From: Eledone cirrhosa
Lineage: Eukaryota
Assembly (NCBI GenBank): GCA_964016885.1
Contig: OZ024755.1
Coordinates: forward strand, 27,280,001-27,344,000
Direction: 5' to 3'
DNA: 64,000 nucleotides
The translations under genes and the position numbers were made by a program. Under the pieces are notes generated by a model that was given only the letters and a program-made list of their open reading frames with translations, made no database searches and had not been told where the DNA came from. Numbering within the stretch: position 1 is the first letter of the stretch; the number at the start of each line of letters is the position of its first letter. Below, piece by piece: positions 1 to 12,863 of this stretch.

Positions 1-1250
1 CCTTTGTTCTACAGACCAGTTCTTTTAGCCTCTCCCAGTAGCTCATCTCTATCATGGCTACTGGGCTCTTAGTGTAGCTTCGTTGGATTGCCTCAAACTC
101 CGTGGTTAGTTTGATACTATGGGTGACCACAGCTGGGAGCAATAGTCCAGGTGGCTTAGGACAAATGTCCTCCATAGTATCAACATGGTCTCTTGTCCGG
201 AAAGTCCTCAAGATCCAGCCAGCGAGTCGTCTGCACATTGTCGCTACCCTCATGATGTGTGAAGAAAAAGATGCATCGTCGCTCATGTCTATCCCCAGGT
301 CTCGTATCGATTTCAACACGGGGATTTCGATCCCTCCTGGTCCGGTGTAGCTGGGTTGTATTGTTTCCTTTGAGAGGGCCCCATTTGCTGCAACTGTCTG
401 GCTTCTGTCTTTTAAGAAATCATGCAGCCACTCACCTACTTTTCCAGTTATGCCGAGTCTGTGTAGTCTGTGACATATCATTCTGTGGTCATCCTTGTCA
501 AAGGCCTTTGCAAAGTCAAGATATATCACATCCACATGTGAGCTATTCAGCAGTTGTTTCAGTACTCTGTCATAGTGATCTAACAGCTGTGTAAGGCAGC
601 TTCTTCCTGGGCGAAAGCCATGCTGCGTGCTAGTTGGGCGGTCATTTTCCTTGAGGAATGTGATCAGTTCCTTTCTAATGATTCATTCCATGACCTTACT
701 GATATGTGACATAAGGGATACTGGCCTATAATTTTTGGCCTCCACTCTGCTTCCTCCTTTATGGATAGAGCATATTGTGCCTTCTTTTAGCTCTCAGGTA
801 GTTTACCGCTAGCCAAAGAACTTCTGAAGAGGATCTTCAGTGGTCTTGCTAAGGTACACTTACATGCTTTTAGGACTGCTGGGAATCCAGCAGCTGAGTT
901 TGTTCTAATTTCGTCTATGGCAGATATCACATATTCCTCCATTATGTCTATGTGGTTGATGGTCGCCATTTCTTTGTGGAGTGTTGTGGCATCAAAGAAC
1001 TCTTCTGGCTTTATTATTTGCATGTGCCTCAATGGGGGTGTGAACACACTTTTATACTGTTCATTCAACATTTCACTTATCTCTTGGGATCCTCAATTAA
1101 TGAACCATCTTTATGGAAGAGTGGCCCAATCTTGCAGTGTACCGAGGCAGTTTGTTTTGCAAATTTAAAGGCCTTAGGGTTTGTTTTAATATTTTCTATG
1201 GCCCTGGCTTCTTACGATTTAATTATTCTTCATCCAAACCCACATTGCCA
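1..1250 (-). mobile_element. Decayed CR1/L2-type LINE reverse transcriptase fragment
   Basis: Minus-strand translation gives NYRPVSLMSHISK, QHGFRPGRSCLTQLL, DVIYLDFAKAFD, RDLGI and YWERLK, with stops, frameshifts and an internal deletion. Confidence 0.85.
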
Positions 1251-1348
1251 AATTCTTTTTATATATACATATATTTTTAAATAGCTCTGTACTATACATA
1301 GAGCACTCTTCTTTCTTTACCTTTTCTATGGAAATACTTAACATATAT

Positions 1349-1693
1349 GGAGGCACATGGCTTAGTGGTTAGAGCCTTGGCCTTGCAATCGAAAGGTTGT
1401 GAGTTCAATTCTCAGACCGGGCGATGTGTTGTTTCCTTGAGCAAGACACTTTATTTTACATTGCTCCAGTTTACTCAGCTGTAGAAATGAGATGATAGGG
1501 ACTAGGGTCCCTATCATTCCACTGTAAAGTGGACGTGTAGGTGCCACGGCAAAAAAGCACCCAGCACTCACTGTAAATGAGGTTGGTGTTGGGAAGGGCA
1601 TCCAGCTGTAGAAATCAAGCCAGAATCAGTTCCCGTCCCACCCTTGCAAGCAGGGAAAAAGCGGACGTAAAATGAAATGATGATGATGATGAT
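1349..1693 (+). mobile_element. tRNA-derived SINE with RTE-type 3' tail
   Basis: A-box TGGCTTAGTGG, B-box GAGTTCAATTC, core CCTTGAGCAAGACACTT, 3' end shared with RTE tails and ending in (ATG)n. Near-identical copy at 33361. Confidence 0.85.
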
Positions 1694-2130
1694 ATATATA
1701 TATATACGGAGGTACTGAGTGTGGAGAGATATCTGATGCCCTTCCTAATGATACAGTCACCATGATGGGAATTAAATGTAGTGGGGGGTTAAGAGATTGG
1801 GTTGGAGATTGATTAATAGGTGATGGTTTTGTAGTAGTTATAGTATTAGTAGCAGTAGTAGTGGTGGTGGTGGTAGGGTGGTTGTGAGAGAGATAATAGT
1901 TGATAATGCAATGGTAGTAGGAGAGTGGAGATAAGAAAGATAATGATAATGTATATGATGATGACGGGAAATGTGATAACGGTAGTAAAAGTGCAGGTGA
2001 AGTAGAGTGTTAATGATAAAGGGCAAGATAGAGATAATGGCTGATTGAATAGACAAAGCAGATGTTCAATACCTTAATGACCCTTTGACACCATGCTTAC
2101 ACCTGTAGGAAAGACTTAGATACTTACAGT

Positions 2131-2164
<34 letters not shown>

Positions 2165-2328
2165 ACACACACACGTATATATTAGATAGGGTGTGGTAAA
2201 AACCAGGTAGATCATAACCCACTAGAGTATACACACACACATATATACTGAAAAGAAACTGCAATCAATATGGCATACTTTTATACAGTGGAGAATCAGG
2301 CACCTTTTTTGATACAACTAAAAACCTG

Positions 2329-2361
<33 letters not shown>

Positions 2362-2612
2362 GGTGGTGGTGGTAGCAATAGTAGTAGTAGTGGTGCTGGT
2401 GGTAGCAGTAGCAATAGTAGTAGTAGTACTAGTGGTGGTGGTGGCTGTGGTTTTAGCAATAGTAGTAGTGATAGTGGTGGTCGTGGTGGTAACGGTAGCA
2501 GTAGCAATAGTAGTAGTAGTGGTGCTGGTGGAGGTAGTGGTAGCAATAGTAGTAGTAGTACTAGTGGTGGTGGTGGTAGTGGTTGTGGTGGTGGTAGTAG
2601 TAGCAGTAGTGA
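2329..2612. repeat. (GTA/GTG)n trinucleotide microsatellite
   Basis: Seen directly; explains the poly-T, poly-V and poly-L/P ORFs. Confidence 0.95.
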
Positions 2613-2869
2613 TGTGGAAGTGACAGCTCATTCAAAAATATTCGTCACGCACAGGCATTGCACGAGTGCATTAATAATTATTAATAGTGTATTATTATTT
2701 ATTGTTACTATTATTATTACTTTTTTTTTTTTCAAAATTCAATGATGTTCCAGAACAATATAAAAGAGATAATTGGCAATTTAGGTTCTGGAACAAAAAA
2801 GATAATTAGCAATAAGGGCAGGGGCCCCAGGTTATCACAGCCTGGGCCCGGTCGTCATCGTGCCATTGT

Positions 2870-3658
2870 AATAGAGCCAAACAAGGCATTTAGTCTTGGC
2901 TGCTGGAACGTACGGACGCTGCTTGACAGGGATTCCTTGGAGCGTCCTGAACGAAGGACCGCTCTTGTTACAAAGGAGCTTCGACGTTACAATCTTGACA
3001 TCGTGGCTTTATCTGAGACGAGGTTGGCTGGAGATGGTCATCTTACAGAATTTTGTGGAGAATATACATTCTTCTGGAAAGGAAGAGATGAAGGAACCAG
3101 AAGAGAGGCTGGGGTAGGATTTGCTGTTAAGACTGTTCTTGTGAATAAATTAGAAGAATTCCCAGTAGGGATTAGTGAGCGTCTTATGTCCATGAGAATT
3201 CCGCTGGACAAAGGAAGATATGCGACCCTGGTGAGTGTGTATGCCCCAACTATGAATTCTGTCGATGAAGAAAAAGTGTCCTTTTACCATGCCTTGAAAG
3301 GTGTTTTAAGAAATATCCCTCAGGCAGACAAAGTCATCGTGCTTGCTGACTTTAATGCTAGACTGGGTAGGGATTTTAACACATGGAATGTAATCGGAAG
3401 GCATAGGGTGGGAAAGTGTAACAACAATGGTATGATCCTGCTGCAGATGTGTGTGGAGCTGGATCTGTGTGTTACCAACACCATGTTCCAACAGAAGAAC
3501 AAATTCAAGACCACATGGATGCATCCTGCATCTAAGGAATGGCATCTTTTGGACTACATCCTAGTCAGGATGCGTGACAGACAGGATGTGCAGTGTGTTC
3601 GTGCTCTTCGTGGAGCTGAGTGCTGGACGGACCACCGCCTGGTACGCGCAAAAGTTAT
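2870..3658 (+). mobile_element. RTE-clade (BovB-like) LINE, AP-endonuclease domain only
   Basis: [36 protein letters not shown] and TDHRLV motifs; cut off by a microsatellite. Confidence 0.9.
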
Positions 3659-3669
3659 GTGTATGTGTG

Positions 3670-3719
<50 letters not shown>

Positions 3720-3766
3720 TGTTGTATATATGTGTGTGTGTGTGTGTGTGTATATATATCTATGTG

Positions 3767-3811
<45 letters not shown>

Positions 3812-4191
3812 GTGTATATGTATGTATGTATATCTCTTTATTTATGTATGTCTGAGTTGTGTGAGCGTGTGGTTATATGTGTATATACATACATGGATAT
3901 GTGTATGTGTGTGTATATATACGTATGTGTGTGTGTTGTGTGTGTGTATATATATATATGTATATATGTGTGTGTATGTATATATATATATGTATATATG
4001 TGTGTATATATATGTCTGTATGTATATGGGTGTATATATATATGTGTGTGTATGTGTGTACATATATGTGTATATATGTATGTGAGTTGTGAATATATGT
4101 ATATATATATGTGTTTGTATGTGTGTCTATGTATTTATATATGTATGTGTATCTATGTATGTATGTGTGTATGTATATGTGCATATATGTA

Positions 4192-4254
<63 letters not shown>

Positions 4255-4285
4255 ATGTGTATATATATATGTATATATATATCGG
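3659..4285. repeat. Compound (TA)n/(TG)n microsatellite
   Basis: Seen directly. Confidence 0.95.
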
Positions 4286-4913
4286 TATGTATTTTATGTA
4301 TGAGTATATTTTACTTGTTTATATATATTTTTTTAATATATTTCTTTTTATTTTTATTTCTAAATTTATAGATACATTTTATAAATAGGCAGTTCCATGA
4401 CACCCTTAGTAATTACTGAACCCCTTACCCACTTCTGCATTTTGATGTAAAAATATATGTGGCAGTGTTTTATGTGTGTGCCTAAATATCCATATAGTTA
4501 TAATAATAATATATACATATGTGTGTGTGTGTGTGTGTGTGTGTGAGTGTGTGTGTGTATGTTCGTGGGTATGTGTTTCTTTATGTGTATATGCGCGTGT
4601 GTGTGTGAATGTGTATATATATGTGTGTATATATGAATCTATATATGTTTATATGCGTATGTGTATTTTATCTGTAGATTATAAACATACAGAGACATTA
4701 GCCCTGAATTTTTGTATTTACATACATTTTTTCGACATGCGTATGCATGTGAACATATATTTTTATGCATATCTGTGAACGAAGTTACTTACATATATAC
4801 ACACACCTAACTGTATTTTCTTGATATATTTTTGTGTATTTCATTGGTCAATTTGAACTCTGTTCCCAAACAGACCTGTAATTTTGAATTGTTGTTATTA
4901 TCAATAAATATAT

Positions 4914-5066
4914 TTCATTATTTCTGAAGACGGCATATGTATGTGTTGGTATGTATATTATATTTGATAATTTGTATAATTTTGTATAATTTTGTACATA
5001 GATCTGTTGAATATGCATACCAATTCTTACACATATATGTCCTAGAAACGATCATTAAATAATGAA
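4914..5066 (+). ncRNA. Degenerate type I hammerhead ribozyme with long stem II
   Basis: Stem I TTCATTATTT/AAATAATGAA (10 bp), CTGAAGA at 4924, long hairpin stem II, GAAAC at 5045, near-palindromic stem III ACGATCAT. Confidence 0.6.
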
Positions 5067-5391
5067 CTTTTTTTGTTTAATATAAGGAACTGTTTCATTG
5101 TTTTATTCATTATTTTTTTAATATTTTATCTTGACTCTGTATTCCGTTTATCTTTCACCGAAAGTGATTTTTGAATGCATCTCTTCTTTCCATGATATCC
5201 GGATTATATTGAGTTCTTCATACGGATTGGACACTACCGTAAACTCTTGGTAGATTTATCTACATATATATCTATATATATATATATATCTATATATATA
5301 TATGTATATATCTATATATATATATATATATATGTATATATCTATATATATATATATATGTATCTATATATATATATATCTATATATGATA

Positions 5392-8300
5392 GACGTATTC
5401 TATTCTATAGCGATTAGGTCTTCAAAATGTTTATTATAAACATACAGAATATTTTCGAATATTCTATGTCTATATTCACATATATATCGCTATTTCAGAG
5501 CATTTATTCCAATTTCTAATTTCTGCCGGACCGGCAACCGCTCTTTCAAACCAGTTCCTGTACACAGCTAAGTATTCTATAAGTCTCTAGCTGTGTCATT
5601 CCCGATAAAAGCACTGGATATGTAGTCCTGATGATTTCTAACAAGAATGAAACGCGTAGATTACTTCCCTTGCTTTTATCGAGAATCTAATTGTAATACG
5701 TGACGTATTCTATTCTATAGCGATTAGGTCTTCAAAATGTTTATTATAAACATACAGAATATTTTCGAATATTCTATGTCTATATTCACATATATATCGC
5801 TATTTCAGAGCATTTATTCCAATTTCTAATTTCTGCCGGACCGGCAACCGCTCTTTCAAACCAGTTCCTGTACACAGCTAAGTATTCTATAAGTCTCTAG
5901 CTGTGTCATTCCCGATAAAAGCACTGGATATGTAGTCCTGATGATTTCTAACAAGAATGAAACGCGTAGATTACTTCCCTTGCTTTTATCGAGAATCTAA
6001 TTGTAATACGTGACGTATTCTATTCTATAGCGATTAGGTCTTCAAAATGTTTATTATAAACATACAGAATATTTTCGAATATTCTATGTCTATATTCACA
6101 TATATATCGCTATTTCAGAGCATTTATTCCAATTTCTAATTTCTGCCGGACCGGCAACCGCTCTTTCAAACCAGTTCCTGTACACAGCTAAGTATTCTAT
6201 AAGTCTCTAGCTGTGTCATTCCCGATAAAAGCACTGGATATGTAGTCCTGATGATTTCTAACAAGAATGAAACGCGTAGATTACTTCCCTTGCTTTTATC
6301 GAGAATCTAATTGTAATACGTGACGTATTCTATTCTATAGCGATTAGGTCTTCAAAATGTTTATTATAAACATACAGAATATTTTCGAATATTCTATGTC
6401 TATATTCACATATATATCGCTATTTCAGAGCATTTATTCCAATTTCTAATTTCTGCCGGACCGGCAACCGCTCTTTCAAACCAGTTCCTGTACACAGCTA
6501 AGTATTCTATAAGTCTCTAGCTGTGTCATTCCCGATAAAAGCACTGGATATGTAGTCCTGATGATTTCTAACAAGAATGAAACGCGTAGATTACTTCCCT
6601 TGCTTTTATCGAGAATCTAATTGTAATACGTGACGTATTCTATTCTATAGCGATTAGGTCTTCAAAATGTTTATTATAAACATACAGAATATTTTCGAAT
6701 ATTCTATGTCTATATTCACATATATATCGCTATTTCAGAGCATTTATTCCAATTTCTAATTTCTGCCGGACCGGCAACCGCTCTTTCAAACCAGTTCCTG
6801 TACACAGCTAAGTATTCTATAAGTCTCTAGCTGTGTCATTCCCGATAAAAGCACTGGATATGTAGTCCTGATGATTTCTAACAAGAATGAAACGCGTAGA
6901 TTACTTCCCTTGCTTTTATCGAGAATCTAATTGTAATACGTGACGTATTCTATTCTATAGCGATTAGGTCTTCAAAATGTTTATTATAAACATACAGAAT
7001 ATTTTCGAATATTCTATGTCTATATTCACATATATATCGCTATTTCAGAGCATTTATTCCAATTTCTAATTTCTGCCGGACCGGCAACCGCTCTTTCAAA
7101 CCAGTTCCTGTACACAGCTAAGTATTCTATAAGTCTCTAGCTGTGTCATTCCCGATAAAAGCACTGGATATGTAGTCCTGATGATTTCTAACAAGAATGA
7201 AACGCGTAGATTACTTCCCTTGCTTTTATCGAGAATCTAATTGTAATACGTGACGTATTCTATTCTATAGCGATTAGGTCTTCAAAATGTTTATTATAAA
7301 CATACAGAATATTTTCGAATATTCTATGTCTATATTCACATATATATCGCTATTTCAGAGCATTTATTCCAATTTCTAATTTCTGCCGGACCGGCAACCG
7401 CTCTTTCAAACCAGTTCCTGTACACAGCTAAGTATTCTATAAGTCTCTAGCTGTGTCATTCCCGATAAAAGCACTGGATATGTAGTCCTGATGATTTCTA
7501 ACAAGAATGAAACGCGTAGATTACTTCCCTTGCTTTTATCGAGAATCTAATTGTAATACGTGACGTATTCTATTCTATAGCGATTAGGTCTTCAAAATGT
7601 TTATTATAAACATACAGAATATTTTCGAATATTCTATGTCTATATTCACATATATATCGCTATTTCAGAGCATTTATTCCAATTTCTAATTTCTGCCGGA
7701 CCGGCAACCGCTCTTTCAAACCAGTTCCTGTACACAGCTAAGTATTCTATAAGTCTCTAGCTGTGTCATTCCCGATAAAAGCACTGGATATGTAGTCCTG
7801 ATGATTTCTAACAAGAATGAAACGCGTAGATTACTTCCCTTGCTTTTATCGAGAATCTAATTGTAATACGTGACGTATTCTATTCTATAGCGATTAGGTC
7901 TTCAAAATGTTTATTATAAACATACAGAATATTTTCGAATATTCTATGTCTATATTCACATATATATCGCTATTTCAGAGCATTTATTCCAATTTCTAAT
8001 TTCTGCCGGACCGGCAACCGCTCTTTCAAACCAGTTCCTGTACACAGCTAAGTATTCTATAAGTCTCTAGCTGTGTCATTCCCGATAAAAGCACTGGATA
8101 TGTAGTCCTGATGATTTCTAACAAGAATGAAACGCGTAGATTACTTCCCTTGCTTTTATCGAGAATCTAATTGTAATACGTGACGTATTCTATTCTATAG
8201 CGATTAGGTCTTCAAAATGTTTATTATAAACATACAGAATATTTTCGAATATTCTATGTCTATATTCACATATATATCGCTATTTCAGAGCATTTATTCC

Positions 8301-11300
8301 AATTTCTAATTTCTGCCGGACCGGCAACCGCTCTTTCAAACCAGTTCCTGTACACAGCTAAGTATTCTATAAGTCTCTAGCTGTGTCATTCCCGATAAAA
8401 GCACTGGATATGTAGTCCTGATGATTTCTAACAAGAATGAAACGCGTAGATTACTTCCCTTGCTTTTATCGAGAATCTAATTGTAATACGTGACGTATTC
8501 TATTCTATAGCGATTAGGTCTTCAAAATGTTTATTATAAACATACAGAATATTTTCGAATATTCTATGTCTATATTCACATATATATCGCTATTTCAGAG
8601 CATTTATTCCAATTTCTAATTTCTGCCGGACCGGCAACCGCTCTTTCAAACCAGTTCCTGTACACAGCTAAGTATTCTATAAGTCTCTAGCTGTGTCATT
8701 CCCGATAAAAGCACTGGATATGTAGTCCTGATGATTTCTAACAAGAATGAAACGCGTAGATTACTTCCCTTGCTTTTATCGAGAATCTAATTGTAATACG
8801 TGACGTATTCTATTCTATAGCGATTAGGTCTTCAAAATGTTTATTATAAACATACAGAATATTTTCGAATATTCTATGTCTATATTCACATATATATCGC
8901 TATTTCAGAGCATTTATTCCAATTTCTAATTTCTGCCGGACCGGCAACCGCTCTTTCAAACCAGTTCCTGTACACAGCTAAGTATTCTATAAGTCTCTAG
9001 CTGTGTCATTCCCGATAAAAGCACTGGATATGTAGTCCTGATGATTTCTAACAAGAATGAAACGCGTAGATTACTTCCCTTGCTTTTATCGAGAATCTAA
9101 TTGTAATACGTGACGTATTCTATTCTATAGCGATTAGGTCTTCAAAATGTTTATTATAAACATACAGAATATTTTCGAATATTCTATGTCCATATTCACA
9201 TATATATCGCTATTTCAGAGCATTTATTCCAATTTCTAATTTCTGCCGGACCGGCAACCGCTCTTTCAAACCAGTTCCTGTACACAGCTAAGTATTCTAT
9301 AAGTCTCTAGCTGTGTCATTCCCGATAAAAGCACTGGATATGTAGTCCTGATGATTTCTAACAAGAATGAAACGCGTAGATTACTTCCCTTGCTTTTATC
9401 GAGAATCTAATTGTAATACGTGACGTATTCTATTCTATAGCGATTAGGTCTTCAAAATGTTTATTATAAACATACAGAATATTTTCGAATATTCTATGTC
9501 TATATTCACATATATATCGCTATTTCAGAGCATTTATTCCAATTTCTAATTTCTGCCGGACCGGCAACCGCTCTTTCAAACCAGTTCCTGTACACAGCTA
9601 AGTATTCTATAAGTCTCTAGCTGTGTCATTCCCGATAAAAGCACTGGATATGTAGTCCTGATGATTTCTAACAAGAATGAAACGCGTAGATTACTTCCCT
9701 TGCTTTTATCGAGAATCTAATTGTAATACGTGACGTATTCTATTCTATAGCGATTAGGTCTTCAAAATGTTTATTATAAACATACAGAATATTTTCGAAT
9801 ATTCTATGTCTATATTCACATATATATCGCTATTTCAGAGCATTTATTCCAATTTCTAATTTCTGCCGGACCGGCAACCGCTCTTTCAAACCAGTTCCTG
9901 TACACAGCTAAGTATTCTATAAGTCTCTAGCTGTGTCATTCCCGATAAAAGCACTGGATATGTAGTCCTGATGATTTCTAACAAGAATGAAACGCGTAGA
10001 TTACTTCCCTTGCTTTTATCGAGAATCTAATTGTAATACGTGACGTATTCTATTCTATAGCGATTAGGTCTTCAAAATGTTTATTATAAACATACAGAAT
10101 ATTTTCGAATATTCTATGTCTATATTCACATATATATCGCTATTTCAGAGCATTTATTCCAATTTCTAATTTCTGCCGGACCGGCAACCGCTCTTTCAAA
10201 CCAGTTCCTGTACACAGCTAAGTATTCTATAAGTCTCTAGCTGTGTCATTCCCGATAAAAGCACTGGATATGTAGTCCTGATGATTTCTAACAAGAATGA
10301 AACGCGTAGATTACTTCCCTTGCTTTTATCGAGAATCTAATTGTAATACGTGACGTATTCTATTCTATAGCGATTAGGTCTTCAAAATGTTTATTATAAA
10401 CATACAGAATATTTTCGAATATTCTATGTCTATATTCACATATATATCGCTATTTCAGAGCATTTATTCCAATTTCTAATTTCTGCCGGACCGGCAACCG
10501 CTCTTTCAAACCAGTTCCTGTACACAGCTAAGTATTCTATAAGTCTCTAGCTGTGTCATTCCCGATAAAAGCACTGGATATGTAGTCCTGATGATTTCTA
10601 ACAAGAATGAAACGCGTAGATTACTTCCCTTGCTTTTATCGAGAATCTAATTGTAATACGTGACGTATTCTATTCTATAGCGATTAGGTCTTCAAAATGT
10701 TTATTATAAACATACAGAATATTTTCGAATATTCTATGTCTATATTCACATATATATCGCTATTTCAGAGCATTTATTCCAATTTCTAATTTCTGCCGGA
10801 CCGGCAACCGCTCTTTCAAACCAGTTCCTGTACACAGCTAAGTATTCTATAAGTCTCTAGCTGTGTCATTCCCGATAAAAGCACTGGATATGTAGTCCTG
10901 ATGATTTCTAACAAGAATGAAACGCGTAGATTACTTCCCTTGCTTTTATCGAGAATCTAATTGTAATACGTGACGTATTCTATTCTATAGCGATTAGGTC
11001 TTCAAAATGTTTATTATAAACATACAGAATATTTTCGAATATTCTATGTCTATATTCACATATATATCGCTATTTCAGAGCATTTATTCCAATTTCTAAT
11101 TTCTGCCGGACCGGCAACCGCTCTTTCAAACCAGTTCCTGTACACAGCTAAGTATTCTATAAGTCTCTAGCTGTGTCATTCCCGATAAAAGCACTGGATA
11201 TGTAGTCCTGATGATTTCTAACAAGAATGAAACGCGTAGATTACTTCCCTTGCTTTTATCGAGAATCTAATTGTAATACGTGACGTATTCTATTCTATAG

Positions 11301-11403
11301 CGATTAGGTCTTCAAAATGTTTATTATAAACATACAGAATATTTTCGAATATTCTATGTCTATATTCACATATATATCGCTATTTCAGAGCATTTATTCC
11401 AAT
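5392..11403 (+). repeat. Tandem array of a 310-bp unit (19 full copies + 122 bp), retrozyme-like
   Basis: GACGTATTC recurs every 310 bp from 5392 to 11282. Only one substitution noticed (T>C at 9191). TA-rich microsatellite on both flanks. Confidence 0.97.
5598..5686 (+). ncRNA. Type I hammerhead ribozyme (first of 19 copies, spaced 310 bp)
   Basis: GTAGTC-CTGATGA-t-TTCT-aaca-AGAA-t-GAAA-CGCG-TA-GATTAC. Extended stem I CGATAAAAGCA/TGCTTTTATCG. Predicted cut after GUA at 5658. Confidence 0.9.
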
Positions 11404-11470
11404 ATCTATATATATGTATATATCTATGTATATATGTATATATCTATATATATATAGATATATGTATATA

Positions 11471-11520
<50 letters not shown>

Positions 11521-11899
11521 AACGAGTAGGATCTCGACCCGACCGCTGAGCTCAAGCCGTTTCGACGGCTAATTCTGGTTATGGTCCACCTGGTTCCTTA
11601 CATTTCCTTCGTTATATATATATATATATATGTGTATATATGTGTATATATCTATATATATATGTATATATCTATATATATATGTATATATCTACATATA
11701 TCTATATTGAGTGAGATGGTTACCAGTCAGAGTTTAGCTTTAAACTATCTCTGTTATTGTATTAAATATATCTATCTATATATATATATATGTATATATA
11801 GTAATAATAATAAATTTGAAGACTAAAATCCAAAGAGGGCTCGATAAGGATAAATATATATCAAATATATAAGAACCGTAGAGCAAATATTTATTAAAT

Positions 11900-12330
11900 A
11901 ACAGATTAAAGTTTAAGCAAAGAATCGCTGCTTTCACCCTTAACGGGATCTTCTGAAACTAACAAAGTCAATCTGTAAACGCAGAACTGGATATTTCAAA
12001 AAACGTTGCAACCGGAGGAAGACAGGAAGACGATACTTTGGTTCGTGGAAACGTTCGCTGGCAAAGAACGGGAAAAAACGAATAATACGTCATTAATTGG
12101 AGCGGTGAAAAACAATTACGCACAAAGGCAGAACCACGTTTATGGTATAAAAGAGGTCATAGACTAATGTTCTCTTAGGTGGTGCATAGAGACGTTCTCT
12201 GGCAATGAACGAAAAAACGAAGATAATACGTCATATGTGGAGCGTGGAGAACAATAGCACGCAAAGACAAAACCACGTAAATGGTATAGCAGAAGTCATA
12301 GACTAAAATTCTAACAAGGAGACCAAATGA
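11900..12330 (-). mobile_element. Dispersed non-coding repeat with HHR-like fold (11902-11975)
   Basis: Reverse-complement homology to 17505-17732. Minus strand reads AGTTT-CAGAAGA-tCCC-gttaa-GGGt-GAAA-GCA...TGC-TT-AAACT. Confidence 0.55.
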
Positions 12331-12863
12331 ATCTCCGCTACAGAGTTAAGAACAAAGTAAATAAATACAATACAGAAGTAATAGAAATAAATAAATACAT
12401 ACACGCAAACAAATATGTACATACACGAGCATACGCAAAAACTTACCATAGGTATTCAAAACCCCGCACATATAAATATGTGTGTGTGTATGCGTGTATA
12501 TAAATAAATAAATAATTATATAAACGTATATAAATAAATAAATACAATTATAACAAGCGCACACACATACCTTCATATAAACACACGAATGTTCGGAGAC
12601 GTAAGTCAACCAAGACATGAAGTACACATATACACACACCCGCCATACGTACGAACCTGCATACTCACACAGACGCAAAACTCCCGTATACACATAGCCA
12701 AACCATATGTACCAGAATATATAAAATGATACGCCATACCAATCAAATATACGTACGAGAAGGTATACGTACCTTCACAAAACATACGGGTAATATATAC
12801 TTACCTATGCAAATTATATATATATAATATATAAGATCAAAAGATGGTTAAAAGAGTTTGATG

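Noticed and set aside
1349-1425. tRNA gene
   Set aside because: A and B boxes are present, but the sequence continues into a SINE body and LINE-derived tail and recurs at 33361.
2265-2631. Mucin-like poly-Thr, poly-Val or Pro/Leu ORFs
   Set aside because: Trinucleotide microsatellite open in several frames; no gene context.
5392-11403. CRISPR array or coding repeat
   Set aside because: Units are identical over their whole length, with no unique spacers, no cas genes and no ORF; the context is eukaryotic.
11520-11612. Minus-strand GAAAC with possible truncated core
   Set aside because: GAAA sits in the loop of a local hairpin (AGCCGT/ACGGCT); no consistent hammerhead stems.
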